Position numbers and translations under genes: made by a program
NCBI GenBank assembly: GCA_002269645.1
Contig: NIVC01000070.1
Coordinates: 558,001 to 622,000 of the forward strand
DNA: 64,000 nucleotides
Direction of reading: 5' to 3'
DNA from: Macrostomum lignano
Lineage: Eukaryota
In this document: positions 37,170 to 49,967 of the stretch, in pieces
Layout of the letters: each line of letters begins with the position of its first letter
How positions within the stretch are numbered: position 1 is the first letter of the stretch
The notes under the pieces: generated by a model
Told to the model about the DNA's origin: nothing
Database searches by the model: none
What the model saw: only the letters and a program-made list of their open reading frames with translations

Positions 37170-39870
37170 CCTCTCACTCTCTCTCTACCTGCCTCTCTCT
37201 CTACCTGACTCTCTCTACCTGACTCTCTCTCTCTCTACCTGTCTCTCTCTACCTGACTCTCTCTACCTGACTCTCTCTCTCTACCTGTCTCTCACTACCT
37301 GACTCTCTCTACCTGACTCTCTCTACCTGACTCTCTCTACCTGCCTCTCTCTCTACCTGACTCTCTCTACCTGACTCTTTCTCTCTACCTGTCTCTCTCT
37401 ACCTGACTCTCTCTACCTGACTCTCTCTCTCTCTACCTGTCTCTCTCTACCTGACTCTCTCTACCTGACTCTTTCTCTCTACCTGAATTTCCCTACCTGA
37501 CTCTCTTTCTACCTGTCTCTCCCTATCTGACTCTTTCTCTCTACCTGACTCTCTCTACCTAACTCTCTCTACCTGACTCTCTCTCTCTCTCTCTACCTGT
37601 CTCTCTCTACCTGACTCTCTCTCTACCTGACTGTCTCTACCTGACTCTCTCTACCTGACTCTCTCTACCTGACTCTCTCTCTACCTGACTCTCTCTACCT
37701 GACTCTCTCTACCTGACTCTCTCTCTACCTGTCACTCTCTACCTGTCACTCTCTACCTGACTCTCTCCACCTGACTCTCTCTCTACCTGACTCTCTCTCT
37801 ACCTGACTCTCTCTCTACCTGACTCTCTCTCTACCTGACACTCTCTACCTGACTCTCTCTCTACCTGATTCTCTCTACCTGACTCTCTCTCTACCTGACT
37901 CTCACTACCTGACTCTCTCTCTCTCTCTCTACCTGTCTCTCTCTACCTGACTCTCTCTCTACCTGACTCTCTCTACCTGACTCTCTCTACCTGACTCTCT
38001 CTACCTGACTCTCTCTCTACCTGTCTCTCTCTACCTGACTCTCTCTACCTGACTCTCTCTCTCTACCTGTCTCTCTCTACCTGACTCTCTCTACCTGAAT
38101 TTCCCTACCTGACTCTCTCTCTACCTGACTCTCTCTCTACCTGACACTCTCTACCTGACTCTCTCTCTACCTGATTCTCTCTACCTGACTCTCTCTCTAC
38201 CTGACTCTCTCTACCTAACTCTCTCTACCTGACTCTCTCTCTCTCTCTACCTGTCTCTCTCTACCTGACTCTCTCTACCTGACTCTCTCTACCTGACTCT
38301 CTCTCTACCTGACTCTCTCTACCTGACTCTCTCTACCTGACTCTCTCTCTACCTGTCACTCTCTACCTGTCACTCTCTACCTGACTCTCTCCACCTGACT
38401 CTCTCTCTACCTGACTCTCTCTCTACCTGACTCTCTCTACCTGACTCTCTCTCTCTACCTGTCTCTCTCTACCTGACTCTCTCTACCTGAATTTCCCTAC
38501 CTGACTCTCTCTCTACCTGACTCTCTCTCTACCTGACACTCTCTACCTGACTCTCTCTCTACCTGATTCTCTCTACCTGACTCTCTCTCTACCTGACTCT
38601 CTCTACCTAACTCTCTCTACCTGACTCTCTCTCTCTCTCTACCTGTCTCTCTCTACCTGACTCTCTCTACCTGTCTCTCCCTATCTGACTCTTTCTCTCT
38701 ACCTGACTCTCTCTACCTAACTCTCTCTACCTGACTCTCTCTCTCTCTCTACCTGTCTCTCTCTACCTGACTCTCTCTCTACCTGACTCTCTCTACCTGA
38801 CTCTCTCTACCTGACTCTCTCTACCTGACTCTCTCTCTACCTGACTCTCTCTACCTGACTCTCTCTACCTGACTCTCTCTCTACCTGTCACTCTCTACCT
38901 GTCACTCTCTACCTGACTCTCTCCACCTGACTCTCTCTCTACCTGACTCTCTCTCTACCTGACTCTCTCTCTACCTGACTCTCTCTCTACCTGACTCTCT
39001 CTCTACCTGACACTCTCTACCTGACTCTCTCTCTACCTGATTCTCTCTACCTGACTCTCTCTCTACCTGACTCTCTCTACCTGACTCTCTCTCTCTCTCT
39101 CTACCTGTCTCTCTCTACCTGACTCTCTGTCTACCTGACTCTCTCTACCTGACTCTCTCTACCTGACTCTCTCTACCTGACTCTCTCTCTACCTGACTCT
39201 CTCTACCTGACTCTCTCTACCTGACTCTCTCTCTACCTGTCACTCTCTACCTGTCACTCTCTACCTGACTCTCTCCACCTGACTCTCTCTCTACCTGACT
39301 CTCTCTCTACCTGACACTCTCTACCTGACTCTCTCTCTACCTGATTCTCTCTACCTGACTCTCTCTCTACCTGACTCTCTCTACCTGACTCTCTCTCTCT
39401 ACCTGTCTCTCTCTCTACCTGACTCTCTCTCTACCTGACTCTCTCTACCTGACTCTCTCTACCTGACTTTCTCTCTCTACCTGTCTCTCTCTACCTGACT
39501 CTCTCTACCTGACTCTCTCTACCTGACTCTCTCTACCTGACTCTCTCTACCTGACTCTCTCTCTACCTGACTCTCTCTACCTGACTCTCTCTCTACCTGT
39601 CTCTCTCTACCTGACTCTCTCTCTACCTGTCACTCTCTACCTGTCACTCTCTACCTGACTCTCTCCACCTGACTCTCTCTCTACCTGACTCTCTACCTAT
39701 CTGACTCTCTCTCTACCTGACTCTCTCTCTACCTGTCTCTCTCTATCTGACTCTTTCTCTCTATCTATCTGACTCTTTATTTGACTCTCTCTCTATCTAT
39801 CTGACTCTCTCTCTCTTTCTATCTGACTCTCTATTTGACTCTCTCTCTCTCTCTCTCTATCTGACTCTCT
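37170..39870. repeat. (CT)n-ACCTGA compound minisatellite (about 2.7 kb)
   Basis: Units of about 14-22 bp: a variable (CT)n run plus ACCTGA or ACCTGT. Confidence 0.96.
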
Positions 39871-40639
39871 GCCAGCATTCACTGTATTCGTGAAACGCAT
39901 AAATTACGCCGTAAAAGTGCGCAGTTGATTCCCATTTTTTGCTTTGACACTAGAAATTGAAAATCTGATGTCACATGCAAACACTGGGGCTTTAGTTGAG
40001 GCCGCTATGGAGAAGGACTCGCTGCGGGGCCGGAAGTGCCTCTTCATGCAGTCGAGTTCGGCTCAGTACGGGACTGCCCTGTTTCTCTTCCCATGCTTGC
40101 CTCCTCTCTCCATAAGCCATAAGCCGGCTGCGGGGGTCCCAAACGTACTTTTATGGGTACGTCAGCCCTGACAAATCCTGACACCCCAGACAGCAGCAGA
40201 CTGCAGTCAGAGTTTTTTCTTGAATAATAGCACCTGAAAGAGACGAGGAAGAAACACTGATGAAGAAATTTCTGATTCCAGATGTCTGTCTGCAGAGGTT
40301 GGGAGGTTCTGAAGAATATTGAACTGCGAAAGCAGAAGGCAGACCCAGACTCTGCTTTGCACCTGAGCCTAACCGTTAATTGCAGCTTTTAGCCAACCTG
40401 TTTCTGTCTGCCTACGAGCGTACAAAGTATGTCAACAGGGAATCTATTTTGGATAAGCCGTGAGATGAGTCTGTTTTGACTGGCTGCTGCTCCAGTGTTG
40501 ACTTCATTTTTGAGCAGTTCGCGATGTCTGGCTGTGTTTAAGCAACAATGCACTTTTCTGGCTCTTTCAATGCAGTGCAGACTGAGCCCCATTAAAAACA
40601 CGCCAACTCTATGACTCCGCAATGAACTCTGTTGCGCTA

Positions 40640-41890
40640 GCATGACGGTTTCAGATCGACCCCTGACCGGTTTTAGATCGGCCTTTATGACGGTTTTAGA
40701 TCGACCCCTGACCGGTTTTAAATCGGCCTCTATGACCAGCTTTAGATCGGCCTTTATGACCGGTTTTAGATCGGCCTCTATGACCGGTTTTAGATCGGCC
40801 TCTATGACCAGCTTTAGATCGGCCTCTATGACCGGTTTTAGATCGGCCTCTATGACCGGTTTTATATCGATCTCTATGACCGGTTTTAGATCGGCCTCTA
40901 TGACCGGTTTTATATCGATCTCTATGACCGGTTTTAGATCAGCCTCTATGACCAGCTTTAGATCGGCCTCTATGACCAGCTTTAGATCGGCCTCTATGAC
41001 TAGCTTTTAGATCGGCCTCTATGACCGGTTTTAGATCGGCCTCTATGACCGGTTTTAGATCGGCCTCTATGACCAGTTTTAGATCGGCCTTTATGACCGG
41101 TTTTAGATCGGCCTCTATGACCGGTTTTAGATCGGCCTCTATGACCGGTTTTAGATCGGCCTTTATGACCGGTTTTAGATCGGCCTCTATGACCGGTTTT
41201 AGATCGACCCCTATGACCGGTTTTAGATCGGCCTTTATGACCGGTTTTAGATCGGCCTTTATGACCGATTTTAGATCGGCCTTTATGACCGATTTTAGAT
41301 CGGCCTCTATGACCGGTTTTAGATCGACCCCTATGACCGGTTTTAGATCGGCCTCTATGATCGGTTTTAGATCGGCCTCTATGACCGGTTTTAGATCGGC
41401 CTTTATGACCGGTTTTAGATCGGCCTTTATGACCGGTTTTAGATCGGCCTCTATGACCGGTTTTAGATCGGCCTTTATGACCGGTTTTAGATCGGCCTTT
41501 ATGATCGGTTTTAGATCGGCCTCTATGACCGGTTTTAGATCGGCCTCTATGACCGGTTTTAGATCGGCCTCTATGACCGATTTTAAATCGACCTCTATGA
41601 CCGGTTTTAGATCGGCCTTTATGACTGGCTTTAGATCGGCCTCTATGACCGGTTTTAGATCGGCCTTTATGACCGGTTTTAGATCGGCCTGTATGACCGG
41701 TTTTAGATCGGCCTTTATGACCGGTTTTAGATCGGCCTCTATGACCGGTTTTAGATCGGCCTCTATGACCGGTTTTAGATCGGCCTTTATGACCGGTTTT
41801 AGATCGGCCTTTATGACTGGCTTTAGATCGGCCTTTATGACCGGCTTTTTATCAACCCCTATGGCCGGTTTTAGATGGATCTCTATGACC
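40640..41890. repeat. 24-bp minisatellite (about 52 copies)
   Basis: Unit TGACCGGTTTTAGATCGGCCT(C/T)TA; gives the MTGFRSAS pseudo-ORF. Confidence 0.96.
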
Positions 41891-42409
41891 TACAACCTGG
41901 TGTGGATGATCTGCAGACATCAGTGCTTGTCATGGTCCTTAGTGGGTCATAAATCTAAATCAATGTACTTTTAAACAGAGGGGAGGCAGTGTAGAGGAGG
42001 CTGGACCGCATGACTCTTGACACTGACAGATTCGTGTGTTGGAGTTCGAAATATGCAGCGACGGTGATAACTAAATAATTTACAATTTGTAATATTCACA
42101 GTAAAGTGCAGACTCCACACTATCGTGCTGCATGCAGCCCAGTCCCCATTGCATTCCTTTGCTTAATAAAGCATTTATTATAAAGCTAGTCATGGGAGCA
42201 CGGAAACTTCCACTTGACATGCTTGCCATTAATCTTATCGGTTCAGTCAGCTCCTGTGCGAGTAGGCCCTCGAAACAGTAAATCTAGTGAAGGAATTCGC
42301 AGAATACCAGTTAGGATTGATACTGACCATGGTTTAGAGTGCGTTTATGGCTCTAACTAAAGTGCAATAGTGGTTTAGAAAGTGCATTTTGTAATACATG
42401 AAGATAGAT

Positions 42410-42580
<171 letters not shown>

Positions 42581-43226
42581 GCTTTAAGCTAAAAATCCAT
42601 CATACTACTGACGCGGTTATCTACCAGTAGCAACTACGGCATTAAATTCTATAGTAAACTTCAATTAATAACTTTTATGATGTATTTACAACAATTCCGA
42701 GCCACTTAACAGCGCATTGAGTTTGCTTCTGTTTCTTTTTAACATTGAAGGACCGCACACACTTTTATTAACAGACTGCAACAGGCAGAGTGGCTACAGG
42801 CAGGTAAGACAGACTCGAAAGGTAAAAGAAAGAGCACCTGTCGCCATGGTGCCTCGCTCTGCCTCTCCTTCTCCGTTTCAAAATCTTTCTCACAAGTATA
42901 GAGCATCAGTTTTACTCTTGCTCGGATAGAGAGGCAGTCCAGCGTGTACGCAGCATCACTAAGCACAATTGTACACAGACAAGGCCAGCACAGGCTTATA
43001 AAATAATGTCTCTATAGTGCTTCATCTCAAAAACACTGGTCTTCACTCCGTTCTCAGGTGCTTTTTTTCTTCTTGCTCTGCACAAAAGCCCAGTACCGCT
43101 ATTCGGGCGGTATTATAAGTTTCGAGCTGTTTCTGTGCTGCATACAGCTCATTAGCAGAGCTAATAATATCGTGTTGCAAACAGAGCTGCACTCAATAGA
43201 AGTTTGCACTGCTTTGGTAGGGAGCC

Positions 43227-43326
43227 ATGGCCTCAACTGAACAGAGAAACGACGGTGGCGGAGGCGGCGGAGGCGGCGCCAATGATGTCAGCAGGCAGAG
43301 GAAACGTATTGGGCTGCCGCCTGACT
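43227..43326 (+). CDS. Tau/MAP2/MAP4-like protein, exon 1
   Basis: gccATGG start; MASTEQRNDGGGGGGGGANDVSRQRKRIGLPPD, then donor T|gtgagt (phase 1); acceptor tttggtag ends 6 nt upstream of the ATG. Confidence 0.7.
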
Positions 43327-43920
43327 GTGAGTCAGTGGGGTGGTGGGTGAAGTCAGTGGGGTGGTGGATGAAGTCAGTGGGGTGGTGGGTGAAGTCAGTG
43401 GGGTGGTGGATGAAGTCAGTGGGGTGGTGGATGAAGTCAATGGGGTGGTGGGTGAAGTCAGTGGGGTGGTGGATGAAGTCAGTGGGGTGGTGGATGAAGT
43501 CAATGGGGTGGTGGGTGAAGTCAGTGGGGTGGTGGGTGAAGTCAGTGGGGTGGTGGATGAAGTCAGTGGGGTGGTGGGTGAAGTCAGTGGGGTGGTGGGT
43601 GAAGTCAGTGGGGTGGTGGGTGAAGTCAGTTGGTTGGTGGGTGAAATAAATGGTGTGAAGAGTGAAGTCAATGGGGTGGTGGATGAAGTCAATGGGGTGG
43701 TGGGTGAAGTCAGTGGGGTGGTGGGTGAAGTCAGTGGGGTGGTGGGTGAAGTAAGTGGGGTGGTGGGTGACATCAGTGGGGTGGTGTGTGAAGTCAGTGG
43801 GTGGTGGATGTAGAAGTCAATGGGTGGTGGGTGAAGTCAATGGGGTGGTGGGTGACATCAGTGGGGTGGTGGGTGAAATAAATGGTGTGAAGAGTGAGGT
43901 CAATGGGGTGGTGGGTGAGG
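43327..43920. repeat. 21-bp G-rich intronic minisatellite starting at the splice donor
   Basis: Unit GTGAAGTCAGTGGGGTGGTGG; the first copy is the donor GTGAGTCAGTGGGGTGGTGG. Confidence 0.95.
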
Positions 43921-43961
43921 TGGTATATAACAATTTTAAACTTTTTCACCCGACACCGCAG

Positions 43962-44027
43962 GGCAAGCTGAACAAGGAAAGGAAATTCCACCAAAGGTCG
44001 ACACGCTCAATCAGGAATACAAGCCCA
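43962..44027 (+). CDS. Tau-like protein, exon 2
   Basis: ccgcag|GG CAA ... CCC A|gtaagt; (W)QAEQGKEIPPKVDTLNQEYKP; phase 1 to phase 1. Confidence 0.75.
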
Positions 44028-44111
44028 GTAAGTGCACTGATAGAAGATTTATTAACCCCCGCACTTTCCAGACTATTTCAGAGAAAAACCATCTCTCAAA
44101 ATTATTAATAG

Positions 44112-44224
44112 GCGGCGGTAACCGAAAGATATTCAAAGAGAAGTTGGACTTTTCCAAGAACGCCAAGCCAAAGGTGGAAACCATGAGTAACAAGGACTAC
44201 CAACCAGGCGGAGGAACCAAGAAG
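44112..44224 (+). CDS. Tau-like protein, exon 3 (microtubule-binding repeat)
   Basis: ttaatag|GC; (S)GGNRKIFKEKLDFSKNAKPKVETMSNKDYQPGGGTKK|gttcag; resembles the tau [22 protein letters not shown] and KHQPGGG segments. Confidence 0.8.
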
Positions 44225-44425
44225 GTTCAGTCTTACAGCTTTGTTGTTTTTCAATTGTTTAATACACACAATCTGTCCTTCAGATTAACAATAATTGCGT
44301 TAACTGTTTGAAGCTCAACTGAAAGTTTAACAGTTTGCATGGCTAACTAAAGGCACAGAACTATATTTGCAATTCAAAATATTTTTTCTCACTAACAGCC
44401 AGCACTAATTATTAATCTGCATCAG

Positions 44426-44515
44426 GTGTTCCAACAGCGGTTCACCTGGAGCGTGACTTCGCGGATCGGGTCGCTTGAGAATTTGCGGCACAGACCAAGC
44501 GGAGGCGACAGAAAA
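44426..44515 (+). CDS. Tau-like protein, exon 4 (microtubule-binding repeat)
   Basis: catcag|VFQQRFTWSVTSRIGSLENLRHRPSGGDRK|gtgcat; close to the tau R4 segment [21 protein letters not shown]; 90 nt, phase 0-0. Confidence 0.8.
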
Positions 44516-44689
44516 GTGCATTATTAATTAATTAATGAGAGAATTATTCTTTATGACTTCCTCACTTAGCTGAATTTGCAGTGAACAAGATTAGCGCTGC
44601 ACTTTAGACTTCATGCACGTGTGGGTCCGCAGGTTCAGGTGACCTTCTAATTCAGTTAGAATAGTGTTAAGCCCCCTCTGTGTAGATAA

Positions 44690-45055
<366 letters not shown>

Positions 45056-45264
45056 TACATCAGACCCGTACATTTACATGCACAATGCTAATCTGTTAAG
45101 TCAATAAGTAAAATGAAATCTCAGTTTCCTCAGTGAAGCACAACAATCGGAAGAATAGATTAGCTATCCCTACGTGTTCTCAGTTAGCGCACAACAGTTA
45201 GCATGATATTTATATACATGTAAGTACTAAACTGCATACACGAGCCACACACGAATTGTCACAG

Positions 45265-45357
45265 TGCATTTACCACCAAAGACTTCGGTGGACAAATCTG
45301 CCCGCAATCAATACCCGAGAAAATATTAATTACCGGCCAAAAACGCCTAAAGTCAGG
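45265..45357 (+). CDS. Tau-like protein, exon 5 (divergent repeat)
   Basis: tcacag|CIYHQRLRWTNLPAINTRENINYRPKTPKVR|gtgaga; 93 nt, phase 0-0; aligns with the neighbouring repeats. Confidence 0.68.
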
Positions 45358-45529
45358 GTGAGAATTATTAATATATATATATAAATGAATCACATCGCTC
45401 ATTCGAGTGCAAACAAAGGGCGCTGGTTGTAACACGCCCGATTATTTAGTAAAACAACGGCTATATAATAATTTTTCCGTTTTTAACATGCAATTTGATT
45501 TTTCTATTTTGAATGTCGATTAAAACTAC

Positions 45530-46050
45530 AAGGGTTTAAGTAAGGGTAAGGGTATAGGGACAGGGTAAGACTAGGGTAGGGATAGGGTTAGACTAGAGTG
45601 GGGATAGGGTAAGACTAGGGTAGGGATAGGGTTAGACTAGGGTAGGGATAAGGTTAGACTAGGGTGGGGTAGGGTTAGACTAGGGTAGGGAGGTTAGGGT
45701 AGGGAGGTAGTGTTTGGAGGATAGAGTAGGGTAGAGTAGGGAGGGTAGTGTTTGGGGGAGTAGGCAAGGGTAGGGAAGGTAGGGTAGGGATGGTAGAGTA
45801 AGGTAGGGTAGGGAGAGTAGGGTAGGGTAGGGAGGGTAGTGTTGGGGAAAGTAGAATAGGCTAGGGTAGGGCGTAGTAGGTAGGGAAGGTATGGTAGGTA
45901 GGGTAGGGAATAGATAAGGTAGGGAAGGTAGGTAGGGTAGGGAATGTATGGTAGGTAGGGTAAGTAGGGTAGGGCATGGTACATGTACTCGTATGTAGGG
46001 AGGGTAGGGTGGGCATGGTAGGTAGTCAGGGTAGGGTAGGGAGGAGGTAC
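45530..46050. repeat. G-rich low-complexity (GGGTA / GGGTTAGACTA) tract
   Basis: Many GGG runs separated by short A/T spacers on the sense strand of the tau-like gene. Confidence 0.85.
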
Positions 46051-46530
46051 ATTTACAAGTAGGTTAGAATCGGAATAGAAATTTTAATAGACCGAATTAG
46101 TCTATGGCAAAACCCCATACAGCGCTGTGCGTTCTTCATAGCATAATCCGAGTAAAAGTACAAGAGATACGACAAATGCATGCTCCTTAATTTCCGGCCA
46201 CAGGCTCATATCTCAATATGCCGCCTGCCAGCTCATATCGTAGCTTGAATTGCCACGCTAACAGAATATTCGTTGCCCGCGAGGTCGTCTAAAGTACTAC
46301 AAAGATATTGTGGTTTTGAAGTTCACCGCGTCCTTTTATACCCAGCGGTCGACTTCAATTCAGCTGGCATCTGCACATTAATCGCTTATAAAAAGCTCAC
46401 ATAGCCATATTCATACATAATTTTATAGTATATATATCTACTATATAGTACTTTTAGTAACGCTAAAATACCACGCGGCTGGAAATTTTGAAAAGCAAAA
46501 CTCTGACAGAAATGACACAATTTCTTTTAG

Positions 46531-46626
46531 ATCTTCAAAGAACGTGTGAATTTCTCGGAGAAGGCCACGCCGAGGTTAAACACGATGGAGAACAAAGACT
46601 ACGAGCCGAAGCGGAACGAGATTAAG
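46531..46626 (+). CDS. Tau-like protein, exon 6 (repeat)
   Basis: ttcttttag|IFKERVNFSEKATPRLNTMENKDYEPKRNEIK|gtaatt; 96 nt, phase 0-0; clear paralogy to exon 3. Confidence 0.8.
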
Positions 46627-46760
46627 GTAATTGCAGATCATATTAATGAGTTCAGTTTGGTTAGGTGGTAGGTCACTGGTGCCACCTATGGCTTAAGTAT
46701 ACTCACAACCATACAAGACGTGACACATTGAAAGCGTTCACGAGTGTATTTTTCTGACAG

Positions 46761-47200
46761 GTGAGCCAGTGGGATGTCAGGTGAGCCAGTGATATGTCAG
46801 GTAATACAGTGGTATGTCAGGCGAGTCACTGGGTCAGGCGAGTCACTGGATCAGGCGAGTCACTTGGGTCAGGCGAGTCACTTGGGTCTCAGGTGAGCCA
46901 GTGGCATGTCAGGTAATACAGTGGTATGTCAGGTGAGCCAGTGGCATGTCAGGTAATACAGTGGTATGTCAGGTGAGCCAGTGGCATGTCAGGTAATACA
47001 GTGGTATGTCAGGTGATACAGTGGTATGTCAGGTGATACAGTGGTGTGTCAGGTAATACAGTGGTATGTCAGGTAATACAGTGGTATGTCAGGTGAGCCA
47101 GTGGCATGTCAGGTAATACAGTGGTATGTCAGGTGAGCCAGTGGTATGTCAGGTGATACAGTGGTATGTCAGGTGAGCCAGTGGTATGTCAGGCGAGTCA
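46761..47200. repeat. 20-bp intronic minisatellite containing CAG|GT(G/A)A motifs
   Basis: Units GTGAGCCAGTGGCATGTCAG and GTAATACAGTGGTATGTCAG, with a few shorter GTCAGGCGAGTCACTGG copies. Confidence 0.92.
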
Positions 47201-47253
47201 GTAGGGACCAGGCTCCCAGAAGCTCTCCTGCACATGTCCGGACACCGCCGCAG

Positions 47254-47544
47254 GTGTACCACGAGCGCCTGCCATGGCTGGAGGTTGAAAGTAACCGACC
47301 CAGACTCCGGCTGGTCTCGCAACAGTCTGACGCGATCAAGGACAAGCCTCAGCAGCAGGAGCAGCAACCAGCACCAACCAACGGTTCGGAATCGCCGAGA
47401 CAGCAGCAGCGGACGGCGGCCGCGGGAGCAGCCATGCGGCAGCGGCAGCGAGAATACGACCAGCGGTACCGAGGCGAGGCAAAGAGCAGCCCCGCAGCGA
47501 CCAAGCCGCGTCAGCTCGACAACGAAAGAAGCGAGCAAAAGTAG
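47254..47544 (+). CDS. Tau-like protein, terminal exon 7
   Basis: ccgcag|VYHERLPWLEVESNRPRL...DNERSEQK*; begins with a partial repeat, then a Q/R-rich tail. The seven exons total 849 nt (282 aa plus stop). Confidence 0.72.
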   Translation: MYHERLPWLEVESNRPRLRLVSQQSDAIKDKPQQQEQQPAPTNGSESPRQQQRTAAAGAAMRQRQREYDQRYRGEAKSSPAATKPRQLDNERSEQK

Positions 47545-47649
47545 GTGCCCAGCCGCGACTTTGTGCGAGTTTGCATGCACTTCTTCAGACTGCCGTTTCA
47601 AGATTTGTAAAACTTTATTGACATCTTCAGTGATGGGTGTACGAGTAGA

Positions 47650-49967
47650 TGTGGCCTTTATTGGTATCTAGAGTGGGGTATAGATGTGGCCATTATTGGC
47701 ATCTAGAGTGGGGTATAGATGCGGCCATTATTGGCATCTAGAGTGGGGTATTGATGCGGCCATTATTGGCATCTAGAGTGGGGTATAGATGTGGCCATTA
47801 TTGGCATCTAGAGTGGGGTATAGATGTGGCCTTTATTGGAATCTAGAGTGGGGTATAGATGTGGCCATTATTGGAATCTAGAGTGGGGTATAGATGCGGC
47901 CATTATTGGCATCTAGAGTGGGGTATAGATGTGGCCATTATTGGAATCTAGAGTGGGGTATAGATGTGGCCATCATTGGCATCTAGAGTGGGGTATAGAT
48001 GTGGCCATTATTGGCATCTAGAGTGGGGTATAGATGTGGCCATTATTGGCATCTAGAGTGGGGTATAGATGTGGCCATTATTGGAATCTAGAGTGGGGTA
48101 TAGATGTGGCCATTATTGTCATCTAGAGTGGGGTATAGATGTGGCCATCATTGGCATCTAGAGTGGGGTATAGATGTGGCCATTATTGGCATCTAGAGTG
48201 GGGTATTGATGTGGCCATTATTGGCATCTAGAGTGGGGTATTGATGTGGCCATTATTGGCATCTAGAGTGGGGTATAGATGCGGCCATTATTGGCATCTA
48301 GAGTGGGGTATAGATGTGGCCATTATTGGCATCTAGAGTGGGGTATTGATGCGGCCATTATTGGAATCTAGAGTGGGGTATAGATGCGGCCATTATTGGC
48401 ATCTAGAGTGGGGTATAGATGTGGCCATTATTGGCATCTAGAGTGGGGTATTGATGCGGCCATTATTGGCATCTAGAGTGGGGTATAGATGTGGCCATTA
48501 TTGGCATCTAGAGTGTGGTATAGATGTGGCCATTATTGGCATCTAGAGTGGGGTATAGATGTGGCCATTATTGGCATCTAGAGTGGGGTATAGATGTGGC
48601 CATTATTGACATCTAGAGTGGGGTATAGATGCAGCCATTATTGGCATCTAGAGTGGGGTATTGATGCGGCCATCATTGGCATCTAGAGTGGGGTATAGAT
48701 GTGGCCATTATTGGCATCTAGAGAGGGGTATAGATGTGGCCATTATTGGCATCTAGAGTGGGGTATAGATGTGGCCATTATTGGCATCTAGAGTGGGGTA
48801 TAGATGTGGCCATTATTGGAATCTAGAGTGGGGTATAGATGTGGCCATTATTGACATCTAGAGTGGGGTATAGATGCAGCCATTATTGGCATCTAGAGTG
48901 GGGTATTGATGCGGCCATCATTGGCATCTAGAGTGGGGTATAGATGTGGCCATTATTGGCATCTAGAGAGGGGTATAGATGTGGCCATTATTGGCATCTA
49001 GAGTGGGGTATAGATGTGGCCATTATTGGCATCTAGAGTGGGGTATAGATGTGGCCATTATTGGCATCTAGAGTGGGGTATAGATGTGGCCATTATTGGC
49101 ATCTAGAGAGGGGTATAGATGTGGCCATTATTGGCATCTAGAGTGGGGTATAGATGCGGCCATTATTGGCATCTAGAGTGGGGTATAGATGTGGCCATTA
49201 TTGGCATCTAGAGTGGGGTATAGATGTGGCCATTATTGGCATCTAGAGTGGGGTATAGATGTGGCCATTATTGGAATCTAGAGTGGGGTATAGATGTGGC
49301 CATTATTGGCATCTAGAGTGGGGTATAGATGTGGCCATTATTGGCATCTAGAGAGGGGTATAGATGTGGCCATTATTGGCATCTAGAGTGGGGTATAGAT
49401 GTGGCCATTATTGGCATCTAGAGTGGGGTATAGATGTGGCCATCATTGGAATCTAGAGTGGGGTATAGATGCGGCAATTATTGGCATCTAGAGTGGGGTA
49501 TAGATGTGGCCATTATTGGCATCTAGAGAGGGGTATAGATGTGGCCATTATTGGCATCTAGAGTGGGGTATAGATGTGGCCATTATTGGCATCTAGAGAG
49601 GGGTATAGATGTGGCCATTATTGGCATCTAGAGTGGGGTATAGATGTGGCCATTATTGGCATCTAGAGTGGGGTATAGATGTGGCCATTATTGGAATCTA
49701 GAGTGGGGTATAGATGTGGCCATTATTGGAATCTAGAGAGGGGTATAGATGTGGCCATTATTGGCATCTAGAGTGGGGTATAGATGTGGCCATTATTGGA
49801 ATCTAGAGTGGGGTATAGATGTGGCCATCATTGGCATCTAGAGTGGGGTATAGATGTGGCCATTATTGGCATCTAGAGTGGGGTATAGATGTGGCCATTA
49901 TTGGCATCTAGAGTGGGGTATAGATGTGGCCATTATTGCATCTAGAGTGGGGTATAGATGTGGCCTC
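47650..49967. repeat. 35-bp minisatellite (about 66 copies) between convergent genes
   Basis: Unit ATCTAGAGTGGGGTATAGATGTGGCCATTATTGGC. Confidence 0.97.

Noticed and set aside
44082-44111. Alternative upstream acceptor for tau-like exon 3 (tttcag| at 44081)
   Set aside because: It is in frame, but inserts KKNHLSKLLI into the repeat; the 44112 acceptor restores YKPSGGNRKI. It is not excluded as a minor isoform.
45530-46050. Telomeric or interstitial telomere repeat (also about 18675)
   Set aside because: Only scattered TTAGGG-like words; no run of perfect hexamers.
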